Below are positions 12,073 to 22,063 of a DNA stretch of 64,000 nucleotides, in pieces (position 1 is the stretch's first letter; each line of letters starts with the position of its first letter). The DNA is from Vulcanimicrobiota bacterium. GTDB lineage: Bacteria > Vulcanimicrobiota > Vulcanimicrobiia > Vulcanimicrobiales > Vulcanimicrobiaceae. A program made the translations under genes and the position numbers. The notes beneath the pieces are model-generated. The model made no database searches, was not told where the DNA came from, and saw only the letters and a list, made by a program, of their open reading frames with translations. The stretch spans positions 288,001 to 352,000 of the forward strand of contig CAWETW010000001.1 in NCBI GenBank assembly GCA_963812155.1. Reading direction: 5' to 3'.

Positions 12073-12825
12073 CTACGCTTCGGAGCCGCCGGGAACGACG
12101 ATTGCCACGCCGTTGCGCGAACCCGCGACCAAATCGAACACGGCTTGCGCGACCTCCTCGACGCTTGCGATGCGACCGAGCGGATTTGTTTGTGCGAGCC
12201 GCGCGCGCGCCCCGTGCTCGTCGGCGCCGGTGTGCTTCGACACGTTCGCAATCGCTTTGCGCATCATGTCGGTTTCGGTATAGCCGGGGCAAACGGCGTT
12301 GGCGGTGATGCCGGTGCCGTCGAACTCGGCGGCAATCGCGCGCGTGAACCCGACGACGCCGTGTTTGCTCGCGCAATACGCCGCCAAGTAGGCCGCGCCG
12401 GCGAGCCCGGCGGTGCTCGCGACGTTGACGATGCGGCCCCACTTCGCGACGATCATGTCTTCGACGGCCGCACGCGTACACAGAAACGTGCCGGTCAGGT
12501 TGGTCGCGACGATCTGGTTCCACATCGGCAGGCTGGTCCGGAACAGCGGCGCCGATTCGGCGATGCCGGAGTTGTTGACGAGCACGGCAATCGGACCGTT
12601 TGCATCGCGGCACGCATCCAACGCGGCGGCGACTTGCGCTTCGTCGGTGACGTCGCCTTCGACGCGAAAGAGCCGTTCGTCGTGATGCGGTGCGCGCGCA
12701 GAACGGCTGACGACGCTCACACGCAAGCCGCGGTCGGCAAACAACGCGGCAATGCCCAAGCCGATGCCGCGCGCTCCGCCGGTGACGACCGCGTGTTTCC
12801 CGCGCAGCCCGTCGTCAGATGGCAC
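12073..12825 (-). CDS. SDR family oxidoreductase (3-hydroxyacyl-CoA dehydrogenase-like, AbmB-like)
   Basis: [23 protein letters not shown] motifs. Confidence 0.9.
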   Translation of the reverse strand: MPSDDGLRGKHAVVTGGARGIGLGIAALFADRGLRVSVVSRSARAPHHDERLFRVEGDVTDEAQVAAALDACRDANGPIAVLVNNSGIAESAPLFRTSLPMWNQIVATNLTGTFLCTRAAVEDMIVAKWGRIVNVASTAGLAGAAYLAAYCASKHGVVGFTRAIAAEFDGTGITANAVCPGYTETDMMRKAIANVSKHTGADEHGARARLAQTNPLGRIASVEEVAQAVFDLVAGSRNGVAIVVPGGSEA

Positions 12826-15089
12826 CGGCTGCCTGCTCCTGCGCGCGTGCGATCAAACGCTCCAACTGCTGCTTTCCCGGAAGGTATTGCACCGGCCACG
12901 GCGCGTCCGCGTACCCCAGCTGCGCCGCTGCATGCTGCGTCCAAGCGGCATCGGCAAGGTGCGGCCGTCCCAGCGCCACGAGATCCGCGCGTCCCGCCGC
13001 TAAGATGGCATTGGCCTGGTCCGCGTCGGTGATGTTGCCGACGGCCATCGTGGCGATGCCGATTTCGTTGCGGATTTTATCCGCGTACGGCGTTTGGTAC
13101 ATGCGGCCGTAAACCGGCTTGGCATCGGGCGACGTCTGTCCGGTCGAGACGTCGATAAGATCCGCACCGGCGGCTTTGAAGGCACGCGCGATCTCCACGG
13201 CGTCGTCGCCGGAGATGCCTCCGTCGACCCAATCGGTCGCCGAAATGCGGACCGAGATCGGCCGCTGCGCCGGCCACACGCCGCGCATCGCGTCGAAGAC
13301 CTCGAGCGGGTAGCGCAAACGGTTCGCCAGCGTCCCGCCGTATTCGTCGGTGCGCCGGTTTCGCAGCGGCGTGATGAACGACGACAGCAAGTAGCCGTGC
13401 GCGCAATGCAGTTCGAGCATATCGAAGCCCGCTTCGATTCCCATGACGGCGGCGCGCACGAATGCATCGCGAATCTCGTCCATTTCCGCGCGGCGTCAGC
13501 TCCAGCGGTATCTGATTGATGGGAGCATACGGGATCGCCGACGGCCCGACCACCGGCCAGTTTGCAACGTCAAGCGGCTCGTCCATGCCCTCCCACATCA
13601 GTTTCGTAGAACCTTTCGGCCCGGAATGTCCGAGTTGCAAACAGATCTTCGTCGGGGAATAGGCGTGTACGAATTCGACGATGCGCCGCCATGCGGCCGC
13701 GTGCTCGGGCAGATACATCCCGGTGCAGCCGGGGGAGATGCGGCCGTCGCGCGTGACGCACGTCATCTCGGTGAAGACGAGACCGGCGCCGCCGAGCGCG
13801 CGCGCTCCCAGATGGACGAGGTGAAAATCGTTGGGCATTCCGTCGACCGCGCTGTACATATCCATGGGAGAGACGACAACGCGGTTGCGCAACTCGAGGC
13901 CGCGCAAGCGAAACGGCGTGAACATCGGTGGGATCTGGACCCCGCCGGCGAACCAGCGCTCGATTCGTTCGACGTACGTCGTATCGCGCAAGCGCAGGTT
14001 TTCGTGACCGATGCGTTGGCTGCGCGTCAGCAGGCTGTACGCGAACTGCTCGGGCGGGAGACCGGCGTAGCGAGCGACGTTTTCGAACCACTCGGTCGAA
14101 TTACGTGCCGCGTTTTGGAGTTTGAGCACCTCGATTCGGCGCGATGCCTCGTATTCGGGCAACGCTTGCTCGATGTCTCCATCGCTCGCCGCGAGCGCAT
14201 CGGCCAAGCCGATCGCATCCTCCATCGCCAGTTTCGTACCGGATCCGACCGAAAAATGCGCGGTGTGCGCGGCGTCGCCCACGAGCACGACGTTTTCGTG
14301 CACCCACCGTTCGTTGCCGACGCGCGTGAAGTTGAGCCATTCGCGTCCGCGCAGATGCGGCGCGTTGCTCATCAAGCGGTGGCCGCCCAAATACGGCGCA
14401 AAAAGCCCTTCGCAAAACGCAATCGACTGCTCGCTCGAAGCGCTATCCAATCCGTGCGCGCGCCAAGTCTCTTCGCGGCATTCGACGATGAACGTGCTCA
14501 GGTCGCGATCGAAGCGGTAGGCATGGACGGTGAACCAACCGTGTTCGGTGCGCTCGAAAATGAAGGTAAACGCGTCGAGCGGCAGCGTCGTGCCGAACCA
14601 GACGTAACGGCAAAGCCGGCGATCGAGATTGGGCCGGAACGTTTGCTCGTAGGCCGCACGCGTGCGGCTGTTCGCGCCGTCGGCTCCGACCAGCAGATGG
14701 CAGTCGCGATAGGCGTCGACGTCCTCGATGTCGGTTTGAAAGCGCAGATCCACGCCGACGCCGGCCGCTCGCTCCTGAAGAATTGCGAGTAGCCGCTTTC
14801 GCGCGATGCCGGAAAACCCGTGACCGCTGGAGGTGATGGTGTGCCCTCTGAAGTGCACGTCGATATCGTCCCAGTGGGCGAACGCTTCGACGATTGCACT
14901 ATGCGTGGGTTCGTCGGCGCGGCGCAGCGCGTCGAGGGTCGCATCCGAGAAGACGACGCCCCAGCCGAACGTGTCGAGCGGGCGATTGCGCTCCAGCACA
15001 CTCACCTGCCATTGCGGAAACCGTTGCTTGGCAAGCAGCGCGAAGTAGAGTCCCGCCGGGCCGCCGCCGATGCAAACGACGCGCTTCAC
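12815..15089 (-). CDS. Bifunctional salicylyl-CoA 5-hydroxylase / 2-aminobenzoyl-CoA monooxygenase-reductase (AbmA-like), frameshift near 13491
   Basis: N-terminal flavin monooxygenase ([29 protein letters not shown]) plus OYE domain ([10 protein letters not shown]); removing one base restores [11 protein letters not shown]. Confidence 0.88.
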
Positions 15090-15748
15090 TCGCGCTTGCG
15101 GGCGATCAAGATGCCGTCGCACATGGCGACGAGCGAAACGTCGACGCGTTCGTCGCGTCCGGCCTTGGCGTTGAGCGCGCGCAACGCCGCCGTGCTAGCG
15201 TCGCTTTCCTTGCCATCGAGCACGCGTCCACTCCACAGGACGTTGTCGACGAGAATCAAACCGCCCGGACGCATCAGCCGCAACGCCGCCTCGTAGTAGT
15301 TGTCGACGTTGGTCTTGTCGGCGTCGATGAATGCCATGTCGAACGGATCGACGCCTTCGGCCTCGAGCGCCGCCAGCGTCTCCAGTGCCGGGGCGATGCG
15401 CAAGTCGATTTTGTGCGCGACGCCGGCTCGTTCCCAGTAACGGCGCGCAACCGCCGTATACTCCTCGCTGACGTCGCACGCGACGATACGTCCGTCGCCG
15501 GGAATCGCCAGCGCCATCGCTAGCGACGAATATCCGGTGAAGACGCCGATTTCCAGATATCGCTTGGCGCCGATGGCACGGGCCAGCAACTGCATGAACG
15601 CGCCTTGATCGGGTCCGATTTCCATCTGCGCGTCGGCGTGATGCGACGTCTCTTCGCGCAGCGCGGTAAGCACCGGGTCTTCGCGCACCGTTTGCGCGAA
15701 AATATACTCCTGAACGGCTCGGTCGACGAACGTGCTCTTTGCGGTCAT
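15086..15748 (-). CDS. Class I SAM-dependent O-methyltransferase (CCoAOMT/COMT family)
   Basis: [28 protein letters not shown]. Confidence 0.9.
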   Translation of the reverse strand: MTAKSTFVDRAVQEYIFAQTVREDPVLTALREETSHHADAQMEIGPDQGAFMQLLARAIGAKRYLEIGVFTGYSSLAMALAIPGDGRIVACDVSEEYTAVARRYWERAGVAHKIDLRIAPALETLAALEAEGVDPFDMAFIDADKTNVDNYYEAALRLMRPGGLILVDNVLWSGRVLDGKESDASTAALRALNAKAGRDERVDVSLVAMCDGILIARKRE

Positions 15749-17281
15749 AGGCCTTCCTTCGCCTTCGCGCGCAGGTCTTCTTCGATTGCTGCGGCGGCGC
15801 GTTTGCCGGGAAATCCGCTCACGCAGCCGCCGGGATGCGCTCCCGAGCCGCACAGATAGAGATTCTGGACCGGCGTACGCGTCGGGAAGCGCCGCTTCGT
15901 AGATTTGGCCGGGCAAGAGTTCGCCGTGGAAAATGTGGCCGCCGATCAGGCCGAAGCGGTCCTCGAGATCGGGCGGCGCCAGCACGAGCCGGTGCTCGAT
16001 TGCGTTGGGAAGATTCGGCGCGAGGCGCCCGAGCATCGCAACGATCGTGTCGGCCGCGGCCTCGCGCTTGGCGTGCGTCCAGCCATCGGCACGGTCGTAC
16101 GGATAATACTGCGCAAAGACCGAGAGAATGTGTTTGCCGGGCGGAGCCAGCGACGGGTCGGTCGGCGTCTGCAGGAAGCACTCGATCAGCGGTTCGTCGC
16201 TCTCGCCGCGCGTCGCGGCGTCGTCGTAGGCTTTTTGCAAGTAGTCGATCGACGGCGCGACGTGGATCGTCGCACGGTGGTGCGGTTGCGCGTGCGTGCC
16301 CGGCCGGGCGCTGAAGTTCGGCAGTTCGCCCAGCGCCAAGTTCAGTTTCAACGACGGACCGACGCTCTTCCAGCGTTTGACGCGTTCGGCGAATTCGGCA
16401 GGCACCGCACCGGCGTCGAGCAAGTCGAGAAACGTCGTGCGCGGATGCGCGTTGCAGGCGATGGCGCGCGCCGAGATCTCGCGTCCATCGCTCAACAAGA
16501 CCGCCATCGCGCGATCGTCGTAGGTGACGATGCGCTCGACGCCCGCGCCGGCGAAAATCTGTGCTCCGTGGGCGCGCGCCGCGTCGGCGAGCGACGCCGA
16601 CACCGAGCCCATGCCGCCGCGCACGAACGCCCACGCACCTTGAATGCCGAGCACGCGTCCGGCCAAATGGTGCGCGAGCACGTAGCCGGTGCCGGCATCG
16701 CGCGGGCCGAGATTCGTGCCGATAAGCCCGTCGTTGACGAGTTCCGCGGCCAGCACCGGCGTCCGCACGTAGCGCTCGACGAGGTCGGCAGCCGAGCCGA
16801 GCAGCAACGACTGCGTGCCGGCATCGAATCGCTCGAAGCACGGGTCGGGATCCGAGAACGAATCGAACAGCGCGCGCCCCGCGCGTTCGACGCGTTCGCC
16901 GTATGCGTCGAACCCATCGACGTCGGCCGGATCGAAGGCCGCGATCTCGCGCGCGTTCGCGGCCGCGTCGCTGCCGAGCAGCAGCGAGCGTCCGTCTTCG
17001 AGCGGCGTAAACGCGTACGGATCCTTGCGATAGAAATCGAGGCCGCGTTCGCGCAACTCCAGGGTTTCGACGAGCCACGGATCGAGCAAGCTGCACACGT
17101 AGGACGCTGCCGATAAGGTGTAGCCGGGCCAAACGCTCGTATCGCTGACCGCGGCGCCGCCGATCTCGGCATTTCGCTCGAAGACCGCGACCGACAAGCC
17201 GGCTTTTGCCAGCAGCGCCGCGCACGCCAAGCCGTTGTGGCCGGCGCCGACGACGACGGCATCGTAGGAATAGGATTCCAC
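15745..17281 (-). CDS. Phytoene desaturase-like FAD oxidoreductase (PYROXD2-like), frameshift near 15895
   Basis: VVGAGHNGL, GGHIFHGEL; canonical tail RTPVQNLYLCGSGAHPGGCVSGFPG in another frame ends at 15745, overlapping the OMT ATG. Confidence 0.85.
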
Positions 17282-17306
17282 AAACGCTCTATACTACTAC
17301 GAGGCG

Positions 17307-17492
17307 GTGGTTTCTTTGCGCGTGTTCGTCGCGGCCATACCGTTTGCCGCGCTGACGGTTGCGGTACCGTTGGTCAACCGCGTCGAGCCCCGCATTCTCG
17401 GTTTACCGTTCGTTCTGGCCTGGATCGTCGCGTGGGTGCTTCTCACGCCCGCGTTCCTGTGGTGCGTCGGCCGCATCGAGCGCCGCTGGTGA
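17307..17492 (+). CDS. DUF3311 family small membrane protein
   Basis: VNRVEPRILGLPFVLAWIVAW; stop overlaps the symporter ATG. Confidence 0.8.
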   Translation: MVSLRVFVAAIPFAALTVAVPLVNRVEPRILGLPFVLAWIVAWVLLTPAFLWCVGRIERRW

Positions 17493-18928
17493 TGAGCCCG
17501 CCGTTCGTCGCACTCACGATCGTCGGCGCCGTGCTGATCGGCACGATCGTCTTTGCGCTGTTCGGCGTGCGCCGCATCGCCATGGACCCGCAGCAGTTTA
17601 TCGTCGGCGGACGCTCGTTCGGGACGCTGCTGCTCTGGGTGTTGCTGGCCGGAGAAATCTATACGAGTTTTACGTTCCTGGGCGCTTCGGGGTGGGCGTA
17701 CGGGTTCGGCGCACCTTCGTACTACATTCTCGCCTACGGCTGCTGCGCGTACATTATCGGATACTTCCTTCTGCCGGCGATCTGGCGCGTCGGCAAGGAG
17801 CGATCCCTGTTGACGGCGGCGGATTTCTTCGCCGACCGTTACGGCAGCCGCGCGTTCGGCGCGTTCGTCGGAGTAACGCAGTTCGCCGTCTTGATCCCAT
17901 ACGTCGCGCTGCAACTGAGCGGACTCCAACTGCTGCTGCGCATCGCGGGCTACGGGCACTTCGACGCGACGGTCTCAGTCTGCGCTGCATTTCTGGCCAT
18001 CGCCCTGTTCGTCTTTACGGCTGGGTTGCGCGGCACCGCGTGGGCCAGCATCGTCAAAGACATCCTCGTTCTGGGCGCGGTCGTCTTCGCCGGCATCGTC
18101 ATTCCGGTACAATTCTTCGGGTCGCCGGCACACGTTATCGACCGCGTGCTGCACGCCGATCCCGGCCATCTGGTACTGAGCGCCGGAATAGGCCCCCACG
18201 GAACCGTGTGGTACGTCTCGACCGTCGTTCTCACCGCAGCCGGCTTCTTCATGGCGCCGCACGGCTTCAGCGCGATATACAGCGCGCGTTCGGAGGCGAC
18301 GCTGCGCCGCAACGCGATGCTGCTGCCCTTCTACCAGATCATCATGCTGCTCGTTTTTTTCGCCGGGCTCACGGCGTTGCTCATCGTTCCCGGACTGAAA
18401 GGGACCGCGGTGGACCAGTCGTTTCTGCTGGTCGTGCAGCGATATTATCCCGCGTGGGTCGTGGGCATCGTGGCCGCGGCCGGCTGCCTGGCCGCGCTGA
18501 TTCCCGCCAGCGCGCAATTGCTCGGCGCGGCCAGCATCTTTTCGAAAAACGTGCTGGGCGAACTGGGAATCGCTACGAGCGACCGGGCGCGCACGCTCGC
18601 GACGCGCGTCCTCGTCGTGGTCGTGGCGCTTTTCGCATTAGGATTCTGGCTCGACGAGCAAAGAACGCTCGTCGAGCTCATCCTCATCTACTACAACGGC
18701 GTCACGCAGTTTTTGCCCGGCGTCGTTGCCGCGTTCGCATTTCCGCGCGTGTCGGCGTGGGCCGTCGCGGCGGGAATCGTCACCGGATTCGCTCTCGCCT
18801 TGACGTTCACGCACGCGGCCACGCCGCTGCTGGGCGTCAACCCGGGGCTCGTCGCGCTTGCCGGTAACGTCGCCGTGACGCTTGTCGTCGCGCTCGTATT
18901 TCCGAGAAGCTTGCGAACCGCTAACTAA
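17492..18928 (+). CDS. Sodium:solute symporter (YhjB-like)
   Basis: FIVGGRSFG...LLAGEIYTSFTFLGASGWAY. Confidence 0.9.
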   Translation: MSPPFVALTIVGAVLIGTIVFALFGVRRIAMDPQQFIVGGRSFGTLLLWVLLAGEIYTSFTFLGASGWAYGFGAPSYYILAYGCCAYIIGYFLLPAIWRVGKERSLLTAADFFADRYGSRAFGAFVGVTQFAVLIPYVALQLSGLQLLLRIAGYGHFDATVSVCAAFLAIALFVFTAGLRGTAWASIVKDILVLGAVVFAGIVIPVQFFGSPAHVIDRVLHADPGHLVLSAGIGPHGTVWYVSTVVLTAAGFFMAPHGFSAIYSARSEATLRRNAMLLPFYQIIMLLVFFAGLTALLIVPGLKGTAVDQSFLLVVQRYYPAWVVGIVAAAGCLAALIPASAQLLGAASIFSKNVLGELGIATSDRARTLATRVLVVVVALFALGFWLDEQRTLVELILIYYNGVTQFLPGVVAAFAFPRVSAWAVAAGIVTGFALALTFTHAATPLLGVNPGLVALAGNVAVTLVVALVFPRSLRTAN

Positions 18929-19244
18929 AAGAGGGTCGCGTTTGGAAACAGTCCCGGCAGTAGACCGGCTTGTCGCCGCGCGGATTGAACGGCACCTCGG
19001 CCACGCCGCCGCATTGGCTGCAGGTCGCGGTGAACATTTCGCGCGGACGTCCGCCGCCCATGCGATCGCCGCCGCCGCCCCCGCCGGGAGTGCTGGCACG
19101 CATCGCTTTGCGGGCCTGCCGGCAGTCCGGACAGCGATTGGGTTTGTTTTGGAAGCCCTTTTGCTCGTAGAAGCGCTGCTCGCCCGAGCTGAAAATAAAC
19201 TCACGCCCACAATCGACGCACGTGAGCGATTCATCGACGTACAC
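18921..19244 (-). CDS. Zinc-ribbon / CxxC-x17-CxxC domain protein
   Basis: CVDC..F.FS.GEQ.FY..KGF.N.P.RCPDC plus CSQC...PVYCRDC; AAGGAG SD before GTG. Confidence 0.9.
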   Translation of the reverse strand: MYVDESLTCVDCGREFIFSSGEQRFYEQKGFQNKPNRCPDCRQARKAMRASTPGGGGGGDRMGGGRPREMFTATCSQCGGVAEVPFNPRGDKPVYCRDCFQTRPSFS

Positions 19245-19601
19245 GAATTAAAAACTCCTTCGGCTTGCTACCTTCGAGATTGTGCCCAAAGAATCGGAAG
19301 CCCCACCCGAAGATAAAGGCTCCAAGACTGACCTCCCAAGACAGCCGAGTCGAAAGATAAAGACGACCAGAACGACCAGCGAGATCAGGGCGCCGCGCGG
19401 ATCGAGCGCGGCGTAAAAAATGAGGACGGCGACGGCGGCCGCGGCCGCAAGATCGAACGAGACCGCTCGCAGAACGCGAGCGAACCCCAGAATCCCCAGG
19501 ACGAGGTGCGGAATCACGAGGGCGCAACGGACGCGGTCGTACCGGTCCGCCTGATACGGCGCATGCTTCCGAAAGAGAACGGATTCATTCACTGTCGCCA
19601 T
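19231..19601 (-). pseudogene. Degenerate, truncated Mpo1/DUF962-like gene
   Basis: Residual GWGFRFFGHNLEGSKP (cf. GW..QF.GH..EG.KP), frameshift near 19350, conserved N-terminal His residues lost. Confidence 0.55.
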
Positions 19602-19690
19602 TAACCCCGTAATCGTCTGCCCGCTTCTGCGACCTTACCGCGGCGAGTCCTGCCGGGGCGGCGCCCGCGGCGGCGCGAATGACGCGCGCA

Positions 19691-20869
19691 ATGAGCCCCC
19701 TCATCACGATCCCGCGCGAGCTTGCCGACGACGTCGTCGCGGTCCGGCGCGACCTGCACATGCACCCCGAGACGGCGTTTGCCGAGCATCGAACCGCCGC
19801 ACTGGTGGCACGGCGCCTGCGCGATCTCGGGTACGAGGTGCACGAGGGCGTCGGCAAGACGGGCGTCGTCGGCGTGCTCGACGGAACGCGCCCCGGCCGA
19901 ACGATCATGCTGCGCGCCGACATGGATGCGCTGCCCATCAGCGAGGAGACGGAGCACGACTACCGCTCGCGCTCGACCGGCCGGATGCACGCGTGCGGCC
20001 ACGACGGACACGTCGCGATTCTGCTCGGTGCGGCCGCGCTGATTGCGGCGCGACGCAGCGAGGTGGCCGGTCGCGTGTGCCTCGTATTCCAACCGGCCGA
20101 GGAAGGCGCCGGCGGCGCCAAGGTGATGCTCGACGACGGATTGTTCGAGCGTTTTTCCATCGAGCGCGCGTACGGGCTGCACTTGTCGTCGAAGTATCCG
20201 ACCGGGACGCTCGGATTTCGCGACGGCCCGATGTACGCATCGAGCGATTCGATCGAGATCGAAGTGTGCGGCGTCGGCGGACACGGTGCGGCACCGCACG
20301 ATGCCGTCGATCCGATTTATGCGGCCGCAAGCTTCGTCACCTCGGTGCAGCAAGTCGTTTCGCGCCAGATCGATCCGCTCGAGCCCGCCGTGGTGACGAT
20401 CGGCGCGATCCACGGCGGCACGATTCACAACGTCATTCCACGGACGTGCCGGATGATGGGAACCGTGCGGGCCTTTTCCGAAACGGTCCGCGCCACGATG
20501 GCCGAACGCATCGAACGCGTGCTGCACGCCTGCTGCGACGCTTCGGGCGCGACGTACGATTTTACGTATTTCGATCGCTATCCGGTGACGGCCAACGATG
20601 CCGCTCAAACGCAGTACGCGCGCGAGTTGGCGCGCCGTGCGTTCGGCGACGAGCGCGTGATCGAAACGGCGATGGTCATGGGGGCCGAAGATTTTTCGTT
20701 TTACGCCCAGCGCGTGCCCGCGTGCTTTTATACGCTCGGATGCAGCGGCGGGCCGCAAACCAGCCATCCGCATCACTCCAGCCTCTTCGATATCGACGAA
20801 GCGGCGCTGCCGGCAGGCGTTGCCATGATGGCGGCGCTCGCATTCGACGCACCGCGCCACGCACCGTGA
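19691..20869 (+). CDS. M20 family amidohydrolase
   Basis: RRDLHMHPE, LRADMDALP, MHACGHDGH, FQPAEE, GAEDF. Confidence 0.92.
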   Translation: MSPLITIPRELADDVVAVRRDLHMHPETAFAEHRTAALVARRLRDLGYEVHEGVGKTGVVGVLDGTRPGRTIMLRADMDALPISEETEHDYRSRSTGRMHACGHDGHVAILLGAAALIAARRSEVAGRVCLVFQPAEEGAGGAKVMLDDGLFERFSIERAYGLHLSSKYPTGTLGFRDGPMYASSDSIEIEVCGVGGHGAAPHDAVDPIYAAASFVTSVQQVVSRQIDPLEPAVVTIGAIHGGTIHNVIPRTCRMMGTVRAFSETVRATMAERIERVLHACCDASGATYDFTYFDRYPVTANDAAQTQYARELARRAFGDERVIETAMVMGAEDFSFYAQRVPACFYTLGCSGGPQTSHPHHSSLFDIDEAALPAGVAMMAALAFDAPRHAP

Positions 20870-21387
20870 GCGCGCCGGTGATTCCCGGCGTCGTGAACCC
20901 TGCGACGCCGCGCGACTTTCTCGAGGTGATGACGCGCGCCGTCTTTCAAGCCGGCGTGAGCTGGAAGCAGATTGCCGAGCGGTGGGATGCCTATCGCGAG
21001 GCGTTCGCGCAGTTCGATCCCGCGCAGGTCGCGAGATACGACGATCTCGACGTGGAGCGCGTGCTCGCGACGCCCGGCGTGATGCGCACGCCGCGCAAGG
21101 TCCGCGCGACGATCGCCAACGCTCGCACGCTGCTCGAAGTCGATCGCGAGTTCGGCGGCATCGCCGCGTATCTGCGGGGCTTTTCGTCGTATCCGGAACT
21201 CGCCCAAGACTTCAGACGCCGGTTCGCCTTCATGGGCGAGATGAACGTGTGGTACGTGCTGTTTCGCACGGGCAATCCCGTGCCGCGTTTCGAGCCGTGG
21301 GTCCGCGGCATCAAGGGCGAGCATCCCCGCATGCGCGAGATGGTCGAGCTCGCCCGCACCGACGGAAACTCGCCCGAACGCGAGTGA
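20866..21387 (+). CDS. DNA-3-methyladenine glycosylase I (Tag)-like protein
   Basis: VFQAGVSWKQI...YREAFAQFDP...RKVRATIANA; GTG overlaps the upstream stop. Confidence 0.75.
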   Translation: MSAPVIPGVVNPATPRDFLEVMTRAVFQAGVSWKQIAERWDAYREAFAQFDPAQVARYDDLDVERVLATPGVMRTPRKVRATIANARTLLEVDREFGGIAAYLRGFSSYPELAQDFRRRFAFMGEMNVWYVLFRTGNPVPRFEPWVRGIKGEHPRMREMVELARTDGNSPERE

Positions 21388-21396
21388 ACTACGCGC

Positions 21397-22018
21397 TCAG
21401 CATTCGTCGCCGGTACTTTTACCGGGATAAATTTCGATGACGCCCGCCGCTCCGCCGGAACGCTTTGACCTTTGAGCAGCGAGCCGACGCCGCCCAGCAC
21501 GCCGCCGTACTTGCCTGCGTCGCGACGGCGTAGCACGGCTTGAAGTTGATCGGAAAGCCGTCGATTTGGCCTGCGCGTACGCGGTATACGTGCTGCCGGC
21601 AGGATCGGTTTTCCGGTAACCCGCCGCCGGCCTTGACCGCATTGCCGAACGACGTGCTGCCTTTGACCGACAGTTGAATAGAAAATCGGCGTTCCGCTAT
21701 GCAGCGACGGCAGTTTGTGGTTGTAGTTGGTCGTACTGCTGGTCAGCGAAATGCTCGTCGAAGGATTCGCGGGCGGATACTTCACCGAACCGCCGAGGCC
21801 GCCGAATGCCGGAATGCAGAGCTTCCGCCGCCGTCAATAGCGTTTCAGTGATGCTGGCGTACTGTTGGGTGGTCTGCTGCCCTTTGCACGCCGGAGGCCC
21901 GCGTCGGGCACGATCGCCGCGCCTTGCATCGCTTGCGGGAGAGCGCTCCGGCCGAGCGCGAGGAACACGCCGCCAGCAACGCTGCGGCAAGCAACGAAAG
22001 CGCAACGATGCAACGCAT
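21397..22018 (-). CDS. Hypothetical lipoprotein broken by several frameshifts
   Basis: ATG 22018 gives MRCIVALSLLAAALLAAC (lipobox); coherent segments in alternating frames end VIEIYPGKSTGDEC*. Confidence 0.5.
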
Positions 22019-22063
22019 CTTCAGGCGCGTTTCGCCTACGGCGCAAGCGCGTCCTGCGCGGGA

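Noticed and set aside
13480..13500. Programmed ribosomal frameshift in the AbmA-like gene
   Set aside because: No slippery heptamer or stimulatory structure; same pattern as the other indels.
15086..17281. 731-aa oxidoreductase-methyltransferase fusion in the ORF track
   Set aside because: The canonical oxidoreductase C-terminus lies in another frame and ends in an ATGA overlap with its own SD; the fusion comes from one extra base.
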